64,000 nt of DNA from Eledone cirrhosa (lineage: Eukaryota), in assembly GCA_964016885.1 (NCBI GenBank), contig CAXHJY010000795.1, forward strand, positions 1 to 64,000, given 5' to 3'. The notes beneath the pieces are model-generated. The model did no database searches and was not told the origin of the DNA. It saw only the letters and a program-made list of their open reading frames with translations. The position numbers and the translations under genes were made by a program. Shown here piece by piece: positions 37,711 to 52,061 of this stretch (position 1 is the first letter of the stretch; each line of letters begins with the position of its first letter).

Positions 37711-38042
37711 CATCATTCATCATTATCATTTCATTTAACGTCCGCTTTTCCCTGCTTACAAGGGTGGGACGGGAACTGATTCTGGCTTGATTTCTACAGC
37801 TGGATGCCCTTCCTAACACCAACCTCATTTACAGTGAGTGCTGGGTGCTTTTTTGCCGTGGCACCTTCACGACCACTTTGCAGTGGAATGATATGGACCC
37901 CAGTCCCTATCATCTCATTTCTACAGCAATGTGAAATAAAGCGTTTTGCTCAAGGAAACAACACATCTCCCGGTCTGAGAATTGATCTCACAACCTTTCG
38001 ATTGCAAGGCCAATGCTCTAACCACTAAGCCATGTGCCTCCA
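37711..38042 (-). mobile_element. tRNA-CORE SINE copy with a small CORE deletion
   Basis: Reverse complement of 26283-26626. Confidence 0.88.
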
Positions 38043-39014
38043 TATGTATATATATATATGTATATATATATATGTATATATGTATATATGTATATATGTA
38101 TGTATATATGTATATATATATCCGTCCAAACCCATGCAAGCGTGGAACATGGACGTTAAACGATGATGATGATGATATGTATATATATGTATAATATGTA
38201 TATATATATGTATAATATGTATATATATGCAGCAACACACGCACACACACAAGCAAGACAGCAACACACGCACACACACACACAGTAGCATTCCACCATA
38301 CGAACATACTACACTGCCAATACAGAGGAACAAGGCAACAACACACGCACACACACACACACACACACACTCAAGCGTGACAACAACACACACACACACA
38401 CAGTAACATTCAACAAACAGGCAGAGAATGGACTGACAGCTAGCACCACCCCACTCCCACAATTGAAAGAACTACTTCGGCCGCTGACCTCTGCCCGACC
38501 GACCCCATTTCACGCGCACGCGCGCTCTGCTGAATACCTCAGATATTCAAAACAACGAACAGCGGAGGACGCGTTTCTCACCTTTCCGACAGACAACCTT
38601 TCCCCCACCCCGGAAAAAACCCCAGTTGATGGATGTGAATCCGAAATATATAGGGACAATTAAATCTCTCCCAAGGTAACTCTCTCTCGTGTTGTTATTT
38701 TTGTTTTATCCTTTACGCTCTTTCCTTCATTCCTCTACACGTCTTATACATGCCACGCATCTCAACGTACACCCACTTACATCTCTCTCTCCACCACCGG
38801 ATCTTGTTACCTGGAGATTTACCCATTTGCATTGTCGAGGCTTCCAAACGATTTAAAGAAATTTACCTTATGTATATATATGTATATATATATGTGTATA
38901 TATATATGTATATATGTGTATATATATATGTATATATATATTTATATATATATGTATATCTATGTATAATTACATATGTATATATATGTATATATATATG
39001 TATGTATATATATG

Positions 39015-39046
<32 letters not shown>

Positions 39047-39082
39047 TGTATATATATGTATATATATATATGTATATATATG

Positions 39083-39135
<53 letters not shown>

Positions 39136-39893
39136 GTATATATATATCTATGTATATATATGTATATATATATATCTATGTATATATCTATGTATATATA
39201 TATGTATATATATATATATGTATATATATATGTGTCAGGTCACCAGTTGGTGCTACTGGTAACATGCATCCCAGTACAACCTGTCTCATGGTCGGGTCGT
39301 TGACGACTAAACTGGCAACCCCACCAAGGTTTCTTGGTGGGGAGGGTGACTTTGGACATCCTGCAGGACTAAAAACAAAACCTGTCAAAGGGCAAAGGAG
39401 CTCTTAAGAGTCAATGGCCATCCAAAATCCCCGGGAGAGATGATCCCTTAGCCTTTGTCAAGGCAGAATTCTAGGAGAAGGAAAACTCTGATATAACACC
39501 TGCAACTCTGATGGTATCCAATGATGTTGACTTGTTCTTCTTTTTGGTAAATATCATCTTGGTTAAGAGAGTGGGACTGGCTTTGTGCAGTGCCTTTGCT
39601 CACTATAAAAGCTTCACGGCACAGGCATTGCTTTATATCTGGAGATCTCTCTGCACTTGTCGTCACATGGTACCATGGTACCAGCACTATGTGTCAATAA
39701 TTGTCACAAGTGTAGTGTTTGTACCAGAGTTTCCAAGTCGCTGGCTGGACTAAAAAGTCACACTTGTTCAGCGCATCGGTGGGGGTTCTCCTACATGGAT
39801 ATAAATTAGTGGCCGTACTCGAAAACGAGTTGGCAGCCACCATATATATATGTATATATATATATATCTATGTATATATATGTATACATATAT

Positions 39894-42545
39894 ATAACTT
39901 TGATAACTTTAACTTTGTTAGCTTTCGGCCAGTATTGGCCCAGGCCATATCTAACTTAATAGCACCACCTGGCGAAGTCTTACAAATCAGAGATTAGTTA
40001 CCATGGCCCACTCGAGCAGAGAGTTATTGTTTACGGAGGCATATCCAGGTGTAGGAGGCTTATCCAGGATTTCTTGAAGGAATTTATCCAAAGTTTCTTG
40101 AACGTGATGGGGTCTGTTTCTGCTTTGATGTGTTTTGGTGTAATGTTAAAGAGTGCAGGGCCAATTGAGGTGAAATAATTGTGCCGTATTGTTGTTATGA
40201 GATGTGAGTGAGATTTTTGTCCTGGGCGGATATCACGGGGCCTAAACCTTGGGTGTACATTAAAGGTGATGCCAACATCATTTGGGCAAAGCTGATGGAA
40301 TTTTTTCCACATCATGCAGATAATGTAGCGCTCACGGCGACGTTGGAGAGAATAAAGGTTGAGCTTTTCTAATCAACTCCAATAGTCAAGGCCTGTTATG
40401 CCATCTATCTTTTTTGTAATTGACCTTTGGGTGCTTCAACTTTCATGATACTTCGTTTCATGTGGGGAGACCACAGTGGACAACAGTATTCAAGGTGGTG
40501 TTGGGCAAAAGTGGAGAAGAGAAGGATGACAGTGTGGATATCTCTCGACTGGAAAGTTCTGAGAACTTTGCTGTTTATATGAATGGCCCAGCCTATGTTG
40601 TTGTCCACAATTACTGCCCGGTCTCTGATGTTGTTGGATGCCACTAGAGTTTCACCCGAAGGAAGAGAGTATGGTAGTTTCAGGGCATCCTTTTTCCCAA
40701 AGTGGAATAATTCAAACTTATTCTCATTCAACAGAATATTATTCTTTTCTTCTCATTGGATAACAGCCAGTAGGTCTGACTGAAGGCAAGTCCTGTCACC
40801 CACCTCATTGATGACCCTTTGGAGCTTGGATTCATCTGCAAAGATTCTTATGTTGCTGTGCTTGATGATGTCAGTAATGTCATTAATGTAGATGATGAAA
40901 AGAAGTGGGCCCAACACAGTGCCTTGTGGGACGCCACTGCTGACTTTGGCAGGGCTTGATTTTACTCTTTCGACTAAAACATGCTGGGTTCTGTCTGTCA
41001 GGAAACATTTGATCCACTGTAGTAACCTTCCAGAGACACCAACATTGGATAGTTTTTTCAGTAGAATCTTATGAACAACCCTGTCAAAGGCCTTCATGAA
41101 ATCAAGGTAGAAGACATCAGTGTTGGAGCCCTCTCCCAAGGCTCTCAAAACAACATCAAAGTGATGCAGGAGCTGCGTTAGGCAGTCCCTTCCATTACAG
41201 AACCCATGTTGGTTGGAGTTCAGCAGGCCGTTGCTTTCAAGAAAGTGGGTTATTCGTGATCTCACCACCCTCTCAAATACCTTGATAATATGAGAGGTGA
41301 GTGAGATCGGACAGTAGTTCACTGCAAGGGACTTATTTCCCTTTTTGAAGACTGGGACAACGGACAGGCACAGAAAGTTTTCAGGAATATAGCCAGTATC
41401 CAATGAGTTCCTCCACAGATTAGCAAGAGGAGATCCAAGTTGGTGTCGACACACCTTCAGGACACAAGCAGGGAACCTGTCGGCGCCTACTGCTGAATTG
41501 TGTTTAATTTCGTTTATTGCCACTAAGACATCAGGAGCGCCAAACATTATGTCTGATATAGTGTGTTGGAGATTGACATCACTGATATGGCCCAGATCGG
41601 CCATATCAGGATTGTTGAAAACAGAGCAGTATTGTTTCTGCAGTATCTCGCCCATGGTTTTGGCATTGTCTTGGAGTGTGCCATTTTCATCAACTCGAGG
41701 GCCAACAGTGGAGAGGTGACCTTGTGTTTTTTAGCAAATGAAAACAACACTTTGGTGTTGAGTTTGATTTTCTCAATGGCCCACCTCTCTTAAGCTATTC
41801 TCTGGTTATTGATGATGGTCATCATGCATTGCTGGAGGTTATATTTTTTTGACTCAAGCAGGGCGATAGCCATCGAATGTGTGTGTTGCTGTTGGCAGTA
41901 TTTTAGTGTGTTAATTTTTTTTGTTCTTTTTATTTTTCGGATAATTGTTTTTCTCTTTTGGGAGATACTGCACTTGGTTTTTTTCACAGGTTTTGGTGGG
42001 GTGTGTTTTGTACATATATTTGTGACAGTGTCTACAAAGATCTGCCAAGATGTTTTGATGTTGGTGGAAGTGTGTGCGTGTGTAAAAGACCAGTTGACAT
42101 GTGATAGTTTGTTCATAATTGCATCCCAGTTGGCATTGTAGAGATCCATGTTATCAAATGGGTGGGCTGGAAAGAGGACCCTGGGACTAGCTTTCGGCTG
42201 GAGGAATCTCAGATTACAAAGAACCATGTCATGGTCTGAGAGAAGGGTTTTTTTCCACTGTAATATTATGTATAGTGTTAGTGTGGTTACTAAACACTAG
42301 ATCCAGAATGTTCTTCTGATGCCTCATTGGTGCAAGGACAAGTTGGGATAAGAAAAACTCATTCATGAAGTCAAGAAGTGACTCGACAGCTTCTTTGTCA
42401 GTGGTTGAGGTTGTGGTGCCTGGTTTCAAACTACATGTAGACCAATCGACACAGGGTAGATTAAAGTCTCCCATCAAAAGTATGTTGTTAGAATGGCACT
42501 GTTTGATAAAGCATTTAATACTGTTGAGGTTTTCTTTGAAGCAGA
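39894..42545 (-). pseudogene. Decayed CR1-group LINE ORF2, paralog of 8540-11039
   Basis: MGDFNLP, ILDLVFSN, NYCPISLTS, DFMKAFD, GVPQGTVLGP, FADE (second catalytic D lost), LEYCCPLWSP; multiple frameshifts. Confidence 0.9.
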
Positions 42546-43337
42546 CTATGTGTCAATAATTGTCACAAGTGTAGTATTTGTACCAGAGTTTTCAAGTCGC
42601 TGGCTGGACTAAAACGTCACACTCGTTCAGCGTATCGGTAGGGGTTCTCTTACATGGATATAAAGTAGTGGCCGTACTCGAAAACGAGTTGGCAGCCACC
42701 ATATATATGTATATATATATGTATATATATATGTGTATATATATGTATATATATATGTGTATATATATGTATATTTATATGTATATATATATGTATAGAA
42801 AGATTTGAATGGATACAGTTTAGTTGAAAGGAATTTATTGACACGTGTTTCTATAACAGTTACATAACCTGAAAACAGCTGCTATCTACAAAGTATTAGT
42901 TATGCAGACATTCAATATTTCAATGTTATTATTTACTGTCATTTCATCATATATATATATGTATATAGTAATAATAATAAATTTGAAGACTAAAATCCAA
43001 AGAGGGCTCGATAAGGATAAATATATATCAAATATATAAGAACCGTAGAGCAAATATTTATTAAACTGTTATTTTAATAAATATATATATATATTTATTA
43101 AACTGTTATTTTAATAAATATATATATATATGTGTATATATATGTATATATATGACAATATATAAACATATCTATAAACAACCATCTGGTTGTGGAACCA
43201 ACCAACCAACCGGAAATTTATAAATTCCTAAATTTATAAATTTATTATAATAAATTGAAGTGAAAGCAACTGGTACGTGTGTTTCTTATTGGCAACATGA
43301 CCCTCCCAAAGTATAACAATATATGTATATATATATA

Positions 43338-43398
<61 letters not shown>

Positions 43399-43761
43399 AT
43401 ATATATGTATATATACATATATATACACATATATATATATCGGCTGACCTTGTCTTGCTCATACGGGATCTGATTCTGGCTTGATTTCTACAGCTGGATG
43501 CCCTTCCTAACACCAATATATGTATATATATATATCTACATATATATATATACATATATATACACATATGTATATATATATACATACACATATGTATATA
43601 TATATATAGACACATATATATATGTGTATGTATATATATATACATATATCTATATATATACATATATATGTATATATATACATATACGTATATATATATA
43701 CATATACGTATATATTTATATATATATATATAACATATATATATATGTTTATATATACATA

Positions 43762-44830
43762 TATATAAAGCTGACGGCCGTATGTAAGTAACAAACTTTC
43801 CACCAAGTGGCTGGACCAAACGGCACCAAATTTGCACCATAGATGTAACTTTTTCCAAGTAAGAAAGTGAGTGTATTTTGTTGACTAAATTTTGTTAAAA
43901 GATTAAAAACATTATTTAAATATTCACTTCTTTAAAATTTTCAAATGTCAACACTTCCGGTTATACGACATTGCTAACGTCTTCACGAACCAAAGTATCA
44001 TCCTACTGTTTTCTTTCGGTTGCAACGTTTTTCAAAATATTTACTTCTGCGTTCACAGATTGATTCTTTTAGTTTCAGAGATCCCGTTAAGGGTGAAAGC
44101 AGCGATTCTTTGCTTAAACTTTAATCTGTTATTTTAATATATATATATAATTATATATTCGTGTACAGATATTTTTGCATACACAAAACAAAATATAAAC
44201 AAACGTATTTATTTCACGAAAGCACAGACGGCTTATCATCATTGTTACTGCCGATCAGATTTTCCAGAAGATTCGCGATTACCATCAACAAAGCTCAGGG
44301 TCAAACCCTTAAAGTGGCTGGCCTTCATCTGGGAAAACCATGATCAATTGTATGTAGGATGCTCTAGGTTGAGCTTGCAAAACAATCTCTTCTTCTTTGC
44401 TCCCGAGGGCCGAACAAAAAATATTGTACACTCTGAGGCTCTAACAATGTAATTTATGTATTTTCTGTTACTTGGAATTTCCATTATGGTTGTACAAATT
44501 ATTGTAAAGTTTGTTAAAAAATTTATTCTCTGTTCAACCTTTATTGTTGTAACTATTAATTTTCTTTAACGTACTAGCTGAGAAAAGAATCCTACAATGA
44601 AAGAACATCTTAAAGTTTACCCAAGCCAAATGTTGTATTTATTAACATTTCTATCTTCAGGTTCTTAGCAAGCTTACTGGCGCTTTAGTATGGTATTCAA
44701 TTCTCATATCGTTTTTGATTGATATGGTGCATATATCACAGCTATTCATATGTTTTAAACATTAGATAACGATTGCTAATGTATATTGTACGACAGAATT
44801 AGCTGAAAAATATTTTGAATGAACAAATAA
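43762..44830 (+). mobile_element. Helitron-derived composite: putative 5' end, Penelope repeat piece, PIF1-helicase C-terminal remnant
   Basis: ~44250-44452 reads FAITINKAQGQTLKVAGLHLGKP, then after a frameshift DQLYVGCSRL...EGRTKNIVHSEAL*, the typical RepHel C-terminus. Confidence 0.75.
44056..44128 (+). ncRNA. Candidate hammerhead copy 3 (core CAGAGA, one A lost)
   Basis: All stems match copies 1 and 2. Changes are confined to the stem I bulge and one core base. Confidence 0.5.
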
Positions 44831-44835
44831 AAGAG

Positions 44836-45177
44836 ATATAAAAGAGAGATGTTTGTTGGTTGGTTCCTTCGCGTATCACACAAAAAAATGGAAAGTGACA
44901 ATCAAATATGTACAGGATTGGGATAAGAGTATATCCAGGAAAGTTTATTGATACTAATTTTATAACACCAAAGAAGAAGAAAGACACACCACGTATGCTA
45001 ACCAACCTGACTGCTATTTCTAGCAGGTTGGGAATCAACCATAAGGGATTCTCTCTGCGAGTTCGTTGTCAGTGATGATCGTGTTTCGCGGCCTATGTCT
45101 CTGATTCCAACGGTGGATTACACACACACACACACACGAACACTCACACAGACACACACACACGAACACTCACACAG

Positions 45178-45224
<47 letters not shown>

Positions 45225-45225
45225 A

Positions 45226-45256
<31 letters not shown>

Positions 45257-45391
45257 CACAAACATACACACACACACACACAATACACACACACTGTAAA
45301 CAAGACAATGCATTCAATACAGACGTTTTCTCTAACTGCTGGTCTTCTCTTATCATTTGATAACTTTGGCGAAGCTGGGTACCTCAGCTAG
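44836..45391 (+). mobile_element. Non-autonomous Helitron
   Basis: Starts ATATAAAAGAGAGATGTTTGTTGGTTGG and ends GGCGAAGCTGGGTACCTCAGCTAG|T. Both ends are homologous to 52062-52728. Confidence 0.75.
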
Positions 45392-45475
45392 TACATATAT
45401 ATTTATATATATGTATATATATATATGCATATATATATATATACGTATATATTTATAAATAGGTATATATTTATA

Positions 45476-45776
45476 TCACCTTGATTACCTTGACCGACCA
45501 GTCTGTCGGGGTCCATTCGGTGCCGCTGGTCACAGCACGCCGTCCATTCCTCTCTGGATCGTGCTATCCTCATCCATGTAGTCCCAATCGTATTCCTAAA
45601 ATCGTAACTCCACCCTCATGGTGGCCCTCCGAGTGGTCTTTTCCGCTCGCACAGTTACCACTCGGCAATTGCGCGGGTCCACCGATTATCGGTGAACCGG
45701 GTGACGTGTCCAGCCCATCTGAACTTGCTGCACATATATTCCGTGATGACGTCCCTCACGCCGGACTTCTGTCTGC
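45476..45776 (-). pseudogene. 3' fragment of a further RTE-1-like LINE
   Basis: Minus frame [10 protein letters not shown]...[20 protein letters not shown]...KRPLGGPP...[11 protein letters not shown]. Confidence 0.8.
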
Positions 45777-45809
45777 ATATTTATATATATGTATATTTAT
45801 ATATATATG

Positions 45810-45844
<35 letters not shown>

Positions 45845-45863
45845 GTATATTTATATATATATG

Positions 45864-45907
<44 letters not shown>

Positions 45908-46178
45908 CGTATATATTTATATATATGTATATATATACATATATATATGTATATATATATATACGTATATATTTATATATATATATGTATATATATACAT
46001 ATATATATGTATATATATATACGTATATATTTATATATATGCGTATATATATATATATATGTATATTTACATATATATATATACACGGATATATATGAAT
46101 GTATATATGTATATATATACCTATATTCATACATATGTATCTACGTATATGTACATATACATATATATATATATACAT

Positions 46179-46297
46179 ATAGGAAAAAGTATAATCCCGG
46201 GTCATACTTTTTCCTATTTCCCACTCTACTACCCTAAGTATTGAGTACTCTGGTGCGTTATGGTCCATCTGGTTCCTTACCACAATTCCTTTGTTAT
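46179..46297. mobile_element. Hairpin+tail element with collapsed centre
   Basis: ATAGGAAAAAGTATAATCCCGGGTCATACTTTTTCCTAT followed by the same tail as 54927-55007. Confidence 0.8.
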
Positions 46298-46446
46298 ATA
46301 TACATATATATATATATGTACATATATGCATGTATATCTATATATATATATATAAATACATGCATATATATATATATACATATATATATGTGTATATATG
46401 TGTATACATATGTATATATATATACATATGTATATATATATACATA

Positions 46447-46822
46447 TCATCATCATCATCATCATATTACGTCCGCTTTTCCCTGCTTGCAAGGGTGGGA
46501 CTGGAACTGATTCTGGCTTGATTTCTACAGCTGGATGCCCTTCCTAACACCAACCTCATTTACAGTGAGTGCTGGTTGCTTTTTTTTCTGTGGCGCCTAC
46601 ACGTCCACTTTACAGTGTGGGCTGGGTGCTTTTTTTGCCGTGGCACCTCCACAACCACTTTACAGTGGAATGATAGTCCCTATCATCTCTACAGCTGAGT
46701 AAACTGGAGCAATGTGAAATAAAGTGTCTTGCTCAAGGAAACAACACATCACCCGGTCTGAGAATTGAACTCACAACCTTTCGATTGCAAGCCCAATGCT
46801 CTAACCACTAAGCCATCTACCT
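46447..46822 (-). mobile_element. tRNA-CORE SINE copy
   Basis: Reverse complement of the 26283 family, with the AAAGCACCCAG body unit doubled. Confidence 0.88.
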
Positions 46823-47368
46823 ACATATATATTTGCGTATTTATATCTATATATATATAAGTGTATATCCATCTATCTATATATGTATATATTGTATATA
46901 CCTATATATATATATGTATGTATATATATATATAAATATATATGTATATATATGTGTGTATATCTATCTATATATATGTATATACATATGTATGTATCTA
47001 TATACATATATATATATATGTATATACATACATATATATGTATGTATATACATATATATATGTATATACATACATATATATGTGTATATATATACATATA
47101 TTTATATATGTATATACTGTATATACATATATATACATATGTATATATACATAAATATGTATATATATAGATATATATTTACACATATATATGTATATAC
47201 ATATATATATATATGTATATACATACATATGTGTATATATATATCTATATATATGTATATATATACATATTTATGTATATATATATATATGTATATATAT
47301 ATACATATATACATATATATATATACTGATACATATACATACATATATATAAATGTATATATATATAT

Positions 47369-47422
<54 letters not shown>

Positions 47423-47592
47423 GTATATATATATATGTATATACAATATATACATATATATATATATACATACATATATATGTAAATATATATATATGTA
47501 TATATGTATATACAATATATAAATATATATATGCATATATATGTATATATATATACATATATATATATACATGTAAATATGTATATATATAT
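46823..47592. repeat. (TA)n-rich microsatellite
   Basis: Direct reading. Confidence 0.95.
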
Positions 47593-47736
47593 TCACCTTT
47601 ATTTATATAGTTATGTCTTGTGATACCAATTTTCAATCAGGTAATAAACTACACATTTGGATGAGAATAAACATTTTATTTTCATTTTACAGACGAATGG
47701 TCAGAGAAATTAGGATGGAATAGCTCTCTCCCTCTT

Positions 47737-47792
<56 letters not shown>

Positions 47793-48064
47793 CTCTCTCT
47801 CTCAAACAAACAAACAAATGCACAAAAAAACTATAATAATAATAATGAATAAATAAATAAAAATATAAAGAAAACACAACGCAAATAAAATCTCTTTTAC
47901 TTTGATGATCAAACAACTGATGGAATGTTCTGCCAAATCAAATCAACCCCCCTCCCCCCAAAAAACAAAAAAAAAACAAAGACAAATAAAGAAAAAAAAA
48001 TTATGTTGTTTCAGAAGTTTTCTTTGTTTTCTTTTTCTTTTTATTATAATAATAATTATTATTA

Positions 48065-48119
<55 letters not shown>

Positions 48120-48833
48120 ATAAATAAATAAAGAAAGAAATCATTATTATTATTATTAATTGTAGAATTTCAGACTCAACTGGTTTTCATACAGCATGGA
48201 AAATGTTACATTTTATAGCTTTAGGCCAATTCCAATTTAGTTCATTGGTGGATAGTAATGATAAAATGAATAAAACTGTTAAAATAGAAAATAGAAAATT
48301 AAAAGAAAAAGGAAAATTTGAAGATAGATTAATATAAAATAAATAGAATGAAAGAGATATAGATAGATAGATGGATATATATATATATAGAGAGAGGGAG
48401 AGAGAGTTGTTTGTGTTAACTAGTACAAAACAAACAAAAAAAAATAAAAGGAAAAATAATAAAAAAAAAAATAATAAAAAAATAAAAAGCAATGATGAGA
48501 TTACAACTAAACTGATGATGATGATGATGGATGAGAAACGAAACAAGAAAATTTTGTACAATGATTATTTTTGCAATTGCACAAATATTCAGTGAGTACA
48601 CTCTCGGCTTGTTAAAGGTTAAAATTGATCTGTAAAAGAAAAAAAAAAAAATAAACACAACCCCTCCACAAACCCCAAAAAATAAAAACCAAAAAAGGAA
48701 CAGTAGGATGAATAAAATTAAAAAACAACAGCCAATGTGTAGCTTGGGAAAGTGTTGGTTCATCAGCAGTTGGTTTGACACCTTAGGTGATCATATATAT
48801 GTATATATATATATATGTATATATAAGTATATA

Positions 48834-48880
<47 letters not shown>

Positions 48881-49043
48881 TCATCATCATCGTTTAACGT
48901 CTTCTATGCTAGCATGGGTTATATATATATATGTATGTATATATATATGTATATATATATATATTATATATATATATATATATCATATATATATATAATG
49001 TATATATATATATTGTGTATATATATATATATATATATATATA

Positions 49044-49078
<35 letters not shown>

Positions 49079-49104
49079 GTATATATATAATGTATATATA
49101 TATA

Positions 49105-49140
<36 letters not shown>

Positions 49141-49155
49141 ATCTCTATACCTCTC

Positions 49156-49193
<38 letters not shown>

Positions 49194-49673
49194 ATGATGT
49201 TTATTTGGTAGTTTATTTTCCCTCATATGTCTCCAAGGTAACATTTTGACCAGTGCCTCATTAATTAACACCACCATTTTACATACACATACTGCAGCAA
49301 TTATTTGTCTATGTAGTCACACACACACACACACTCACACACATGCACACACACACACTCACACACATGCACTCACACACATGCACAGACACACATGCAC
49401 ACACATTTGTATGATATAATTTTATATGTCTATGCTGGAACTGTGAAGCTGTTAGCGGTTTTTAAGTATGTGGGAAGGTGGAGGAGGGGGGGGGGGGGGT
49501 TGATAACTAGAAGTGTGCGTGTATATAAATTCACACATTCTCTCTATCACTCTGTCAGTCTGAGAATGTGTCTCCATCTCTCTATATATTTGTCTATCTT
49601 TCTATCTGCTGTCTCTCTAGCTTTATCTACCATCTATTACCTATCACTCTCTCTCTCTCTCTCTCTCGCCCCC

Positions 49674-49727
<54 letters not shown>

Positions 49728-50316
49728 ATATATATGTGTGTGTATATATGTGTGTGTATATATGTGTGTATATATATATGTGTGTGTGTATATATATATA
49801 TGTGTGTGTGTGTATATATGTGTGTGTGTGTATATATATATGTGTGTATGTGTGTATATATATATATGTGTGTACGTATATGTGTGCATATATATATATA
49901 TATCAAATATTTAAACTGTACCTCCCTATTTTTATATTTAATAGAGAGTTTGGAGGGCTTATAATCCCATTAGCCCATTATATCTCCAGTCCCTGCTATA
50001 TCTTCCTTATCAGCCTTCAGCCATCATCTTCACATGTAAAAATGAATAGCAGAGAGAAAATAAATGACATACATTAAGTCTAATGACCAAAGATTATTTA
50101 TGTATAAGAGTTGTTTCAGTTTAGCCTCAGGCCACTCCTCCACTGTTCCAGCTGTTATAACATCCTCTCTTTTTGTATATCAAGAACAATATTGATAACT
50201 AGATGGTGATCAGTTGATAGCTTAGTCCCCTTTCTTAACATGAACATCTAACACAGAATCGAAGAGATCAGAGACAACAAGAAAATTAATTATAATTGAT
50301 TTTGTTATTGTCTTGT

Positions 50317-50839
50317 ATTAATTAGTATTAGGTCAAATCCCGCCGAGGTTAACTTTGCCTTTCATCCTTACGGGGTCGATAAAATAAAGTACCAGTAATG
50401 TACTGGGTAATTTTCTGGCCTTGTGCCAATAGTAGAAACAATTAATTAGTATTAGGTTGACTTTGCCTTTCATCCTTACGGGGTCGATAAAATAAAGTAC
50501 CAGTAATGCACTGGGTAATTGCTGGCCTTGTGCCTAAAGTAGAAACAATTAATTAGTATTAATCTCGCCGAGGTTAACTTTGCCTTTCATCCTTACGGGG
50601 TCGATAAAATAAAGTACCAGTAATACACTGGGTAATTGCTGGCCTTGTGCCAAAAAAGTAGAAACAATTAATTAGTATTAATCTCCTTATTACGTCCCTT
50701 TACAGTCTGAGTTCAAATCCCATCGAGGTTAACTTTTCCTTTCATCCTTAAAGGGTTGATAAAATAAAGTACCAGTAATGTACTGGATAAATGCTGGCCT
50801 TGTGCCAAAAGTAGAAACAATTAATTATTATTAATCTCC
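50317..50839 (+). mobile_element. Stack of four 5'-truncated family 2 SINEs separated by a repeated target sequence
   Basis: ATTAATTAGTATTA occurs five times (~50317, 50441, 50547, 50667, 50820; the last reads ATTAATTATTATTA). Each SINE starts at a different position. Confidence 0.88.
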
Positions 50840-51124
50840 ATCCCCAATATTACAGATATGTGGTTTGAATGTGATGTGTCAGGTGATAATTGCCGGTTAG
50901 ATTTTATGGGCAAAATCAACCAGCATGAGACCCAAGGGCAGACCCTGAACAAGATGGTTAGAGAAAATCCATGAGCTAGGATGTTCTTGCTTGGAGATCC
51001 AGACAGATCAATTGGAAATGGTTGCTTTTAATAGAACCCACTGGAAGGCTTGCTTGAGGACTCTGCTCCCACAAGCCTCCCAAGAATAAGTGGGCAAAGA
51101 AGAACAAAAACAATAACAATATTG

Positions 51125-51270
51125 AAGCGCCATGGCTTAGTAGTTAGGGTGTTGGATTAATGATCATAAGATCATGGTTTCATTTCTCAGACCAAGAGGT
51201 GTATTGCATCCTTGGGAGAAGCACATTATTTTATGATGCTCTGGAGCACTCAGCTGAAAAGGAGTACCAA
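51125..51270 (+). mobile_element. Old tRNA-CORE SINE head
   Basis: CATGGCTTAGTAGTTAGGG...CCTTGGGAGAAGCAC...CACTCAGCTG. Similar relics at ~31483, ~34060-34215, ~53580 and ~61825. Confidence 0.6.
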
Positions 51271-52061
51271 CAACAGTAGCAGCTGGAAGTTACCCTGGCA
51301 ACATATTCCCAGTCTTGCATCTTGCTGGCATACGTTTCTACAGTCTACTATGTGCTCAGAGTATCCTTCCCATTTTTTAAAGATGGTAGTGTTTGATTTG
51401 AGGGAAATTTTGCTGTAATTTCTATCATCATACCATACTTTATGAAATGAGGATAAGCTCCATCTTGTGGAGCCCTTTCTGAACAGACATTAGAACAATG
51501 ATGAAGAACGACATGTTATCATCACCATCATGTAATATTCATTCACCCTGCTATTGAGGGATGGATGGGTCTTCAAAGACTCAGTACACAAGCAGAGCTA
51601 CTAACCCCTCAGATGGGCTGGGGGCTTGTACCTTGCCAGCATACATTTCTGCATTCTAACAAGTGCTCAGAATATCCTTCCTTTTTTTTTTTTTTTGTTT
51701 AACAGGGTAATATTTTATTTGAGAGAGATTTGTCTGTTATTTCTACCATCATGCCATGTAGAAGCTCCTTAAATACAGGAATATTTTTCTATAGAATGTA
51801 ATATTTTGCAAAGTAATATTTCTCAAATGATTATTCTCTTGAAAGCATTTATTAAGTTAAAATCTATTTACAAAATGAAATCACTTTTGATGCTCCCACC
51901 TTAAGAGACATGATAGACCAAAGAAAAGATTATGTTCTTTTATACACAGGGCTAGACTTTCAACTGCTGTGGCTCTAAGCTGTATGAAATTTGAGGTCCT
52001 TCTCTAAAAAGTTTGGGTAAAAATCTTTTAATAATTATACCTGATTATTATTTATTAATGA

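Noticed and set aside
50317-50839. CRISPR-like repeat-spacer pattern (also considered for 12350-14100 and 53835-54071)
   Set aside because: The 'spacers' are homologous to each other, the context is eukaryotic and there are no cas genes.
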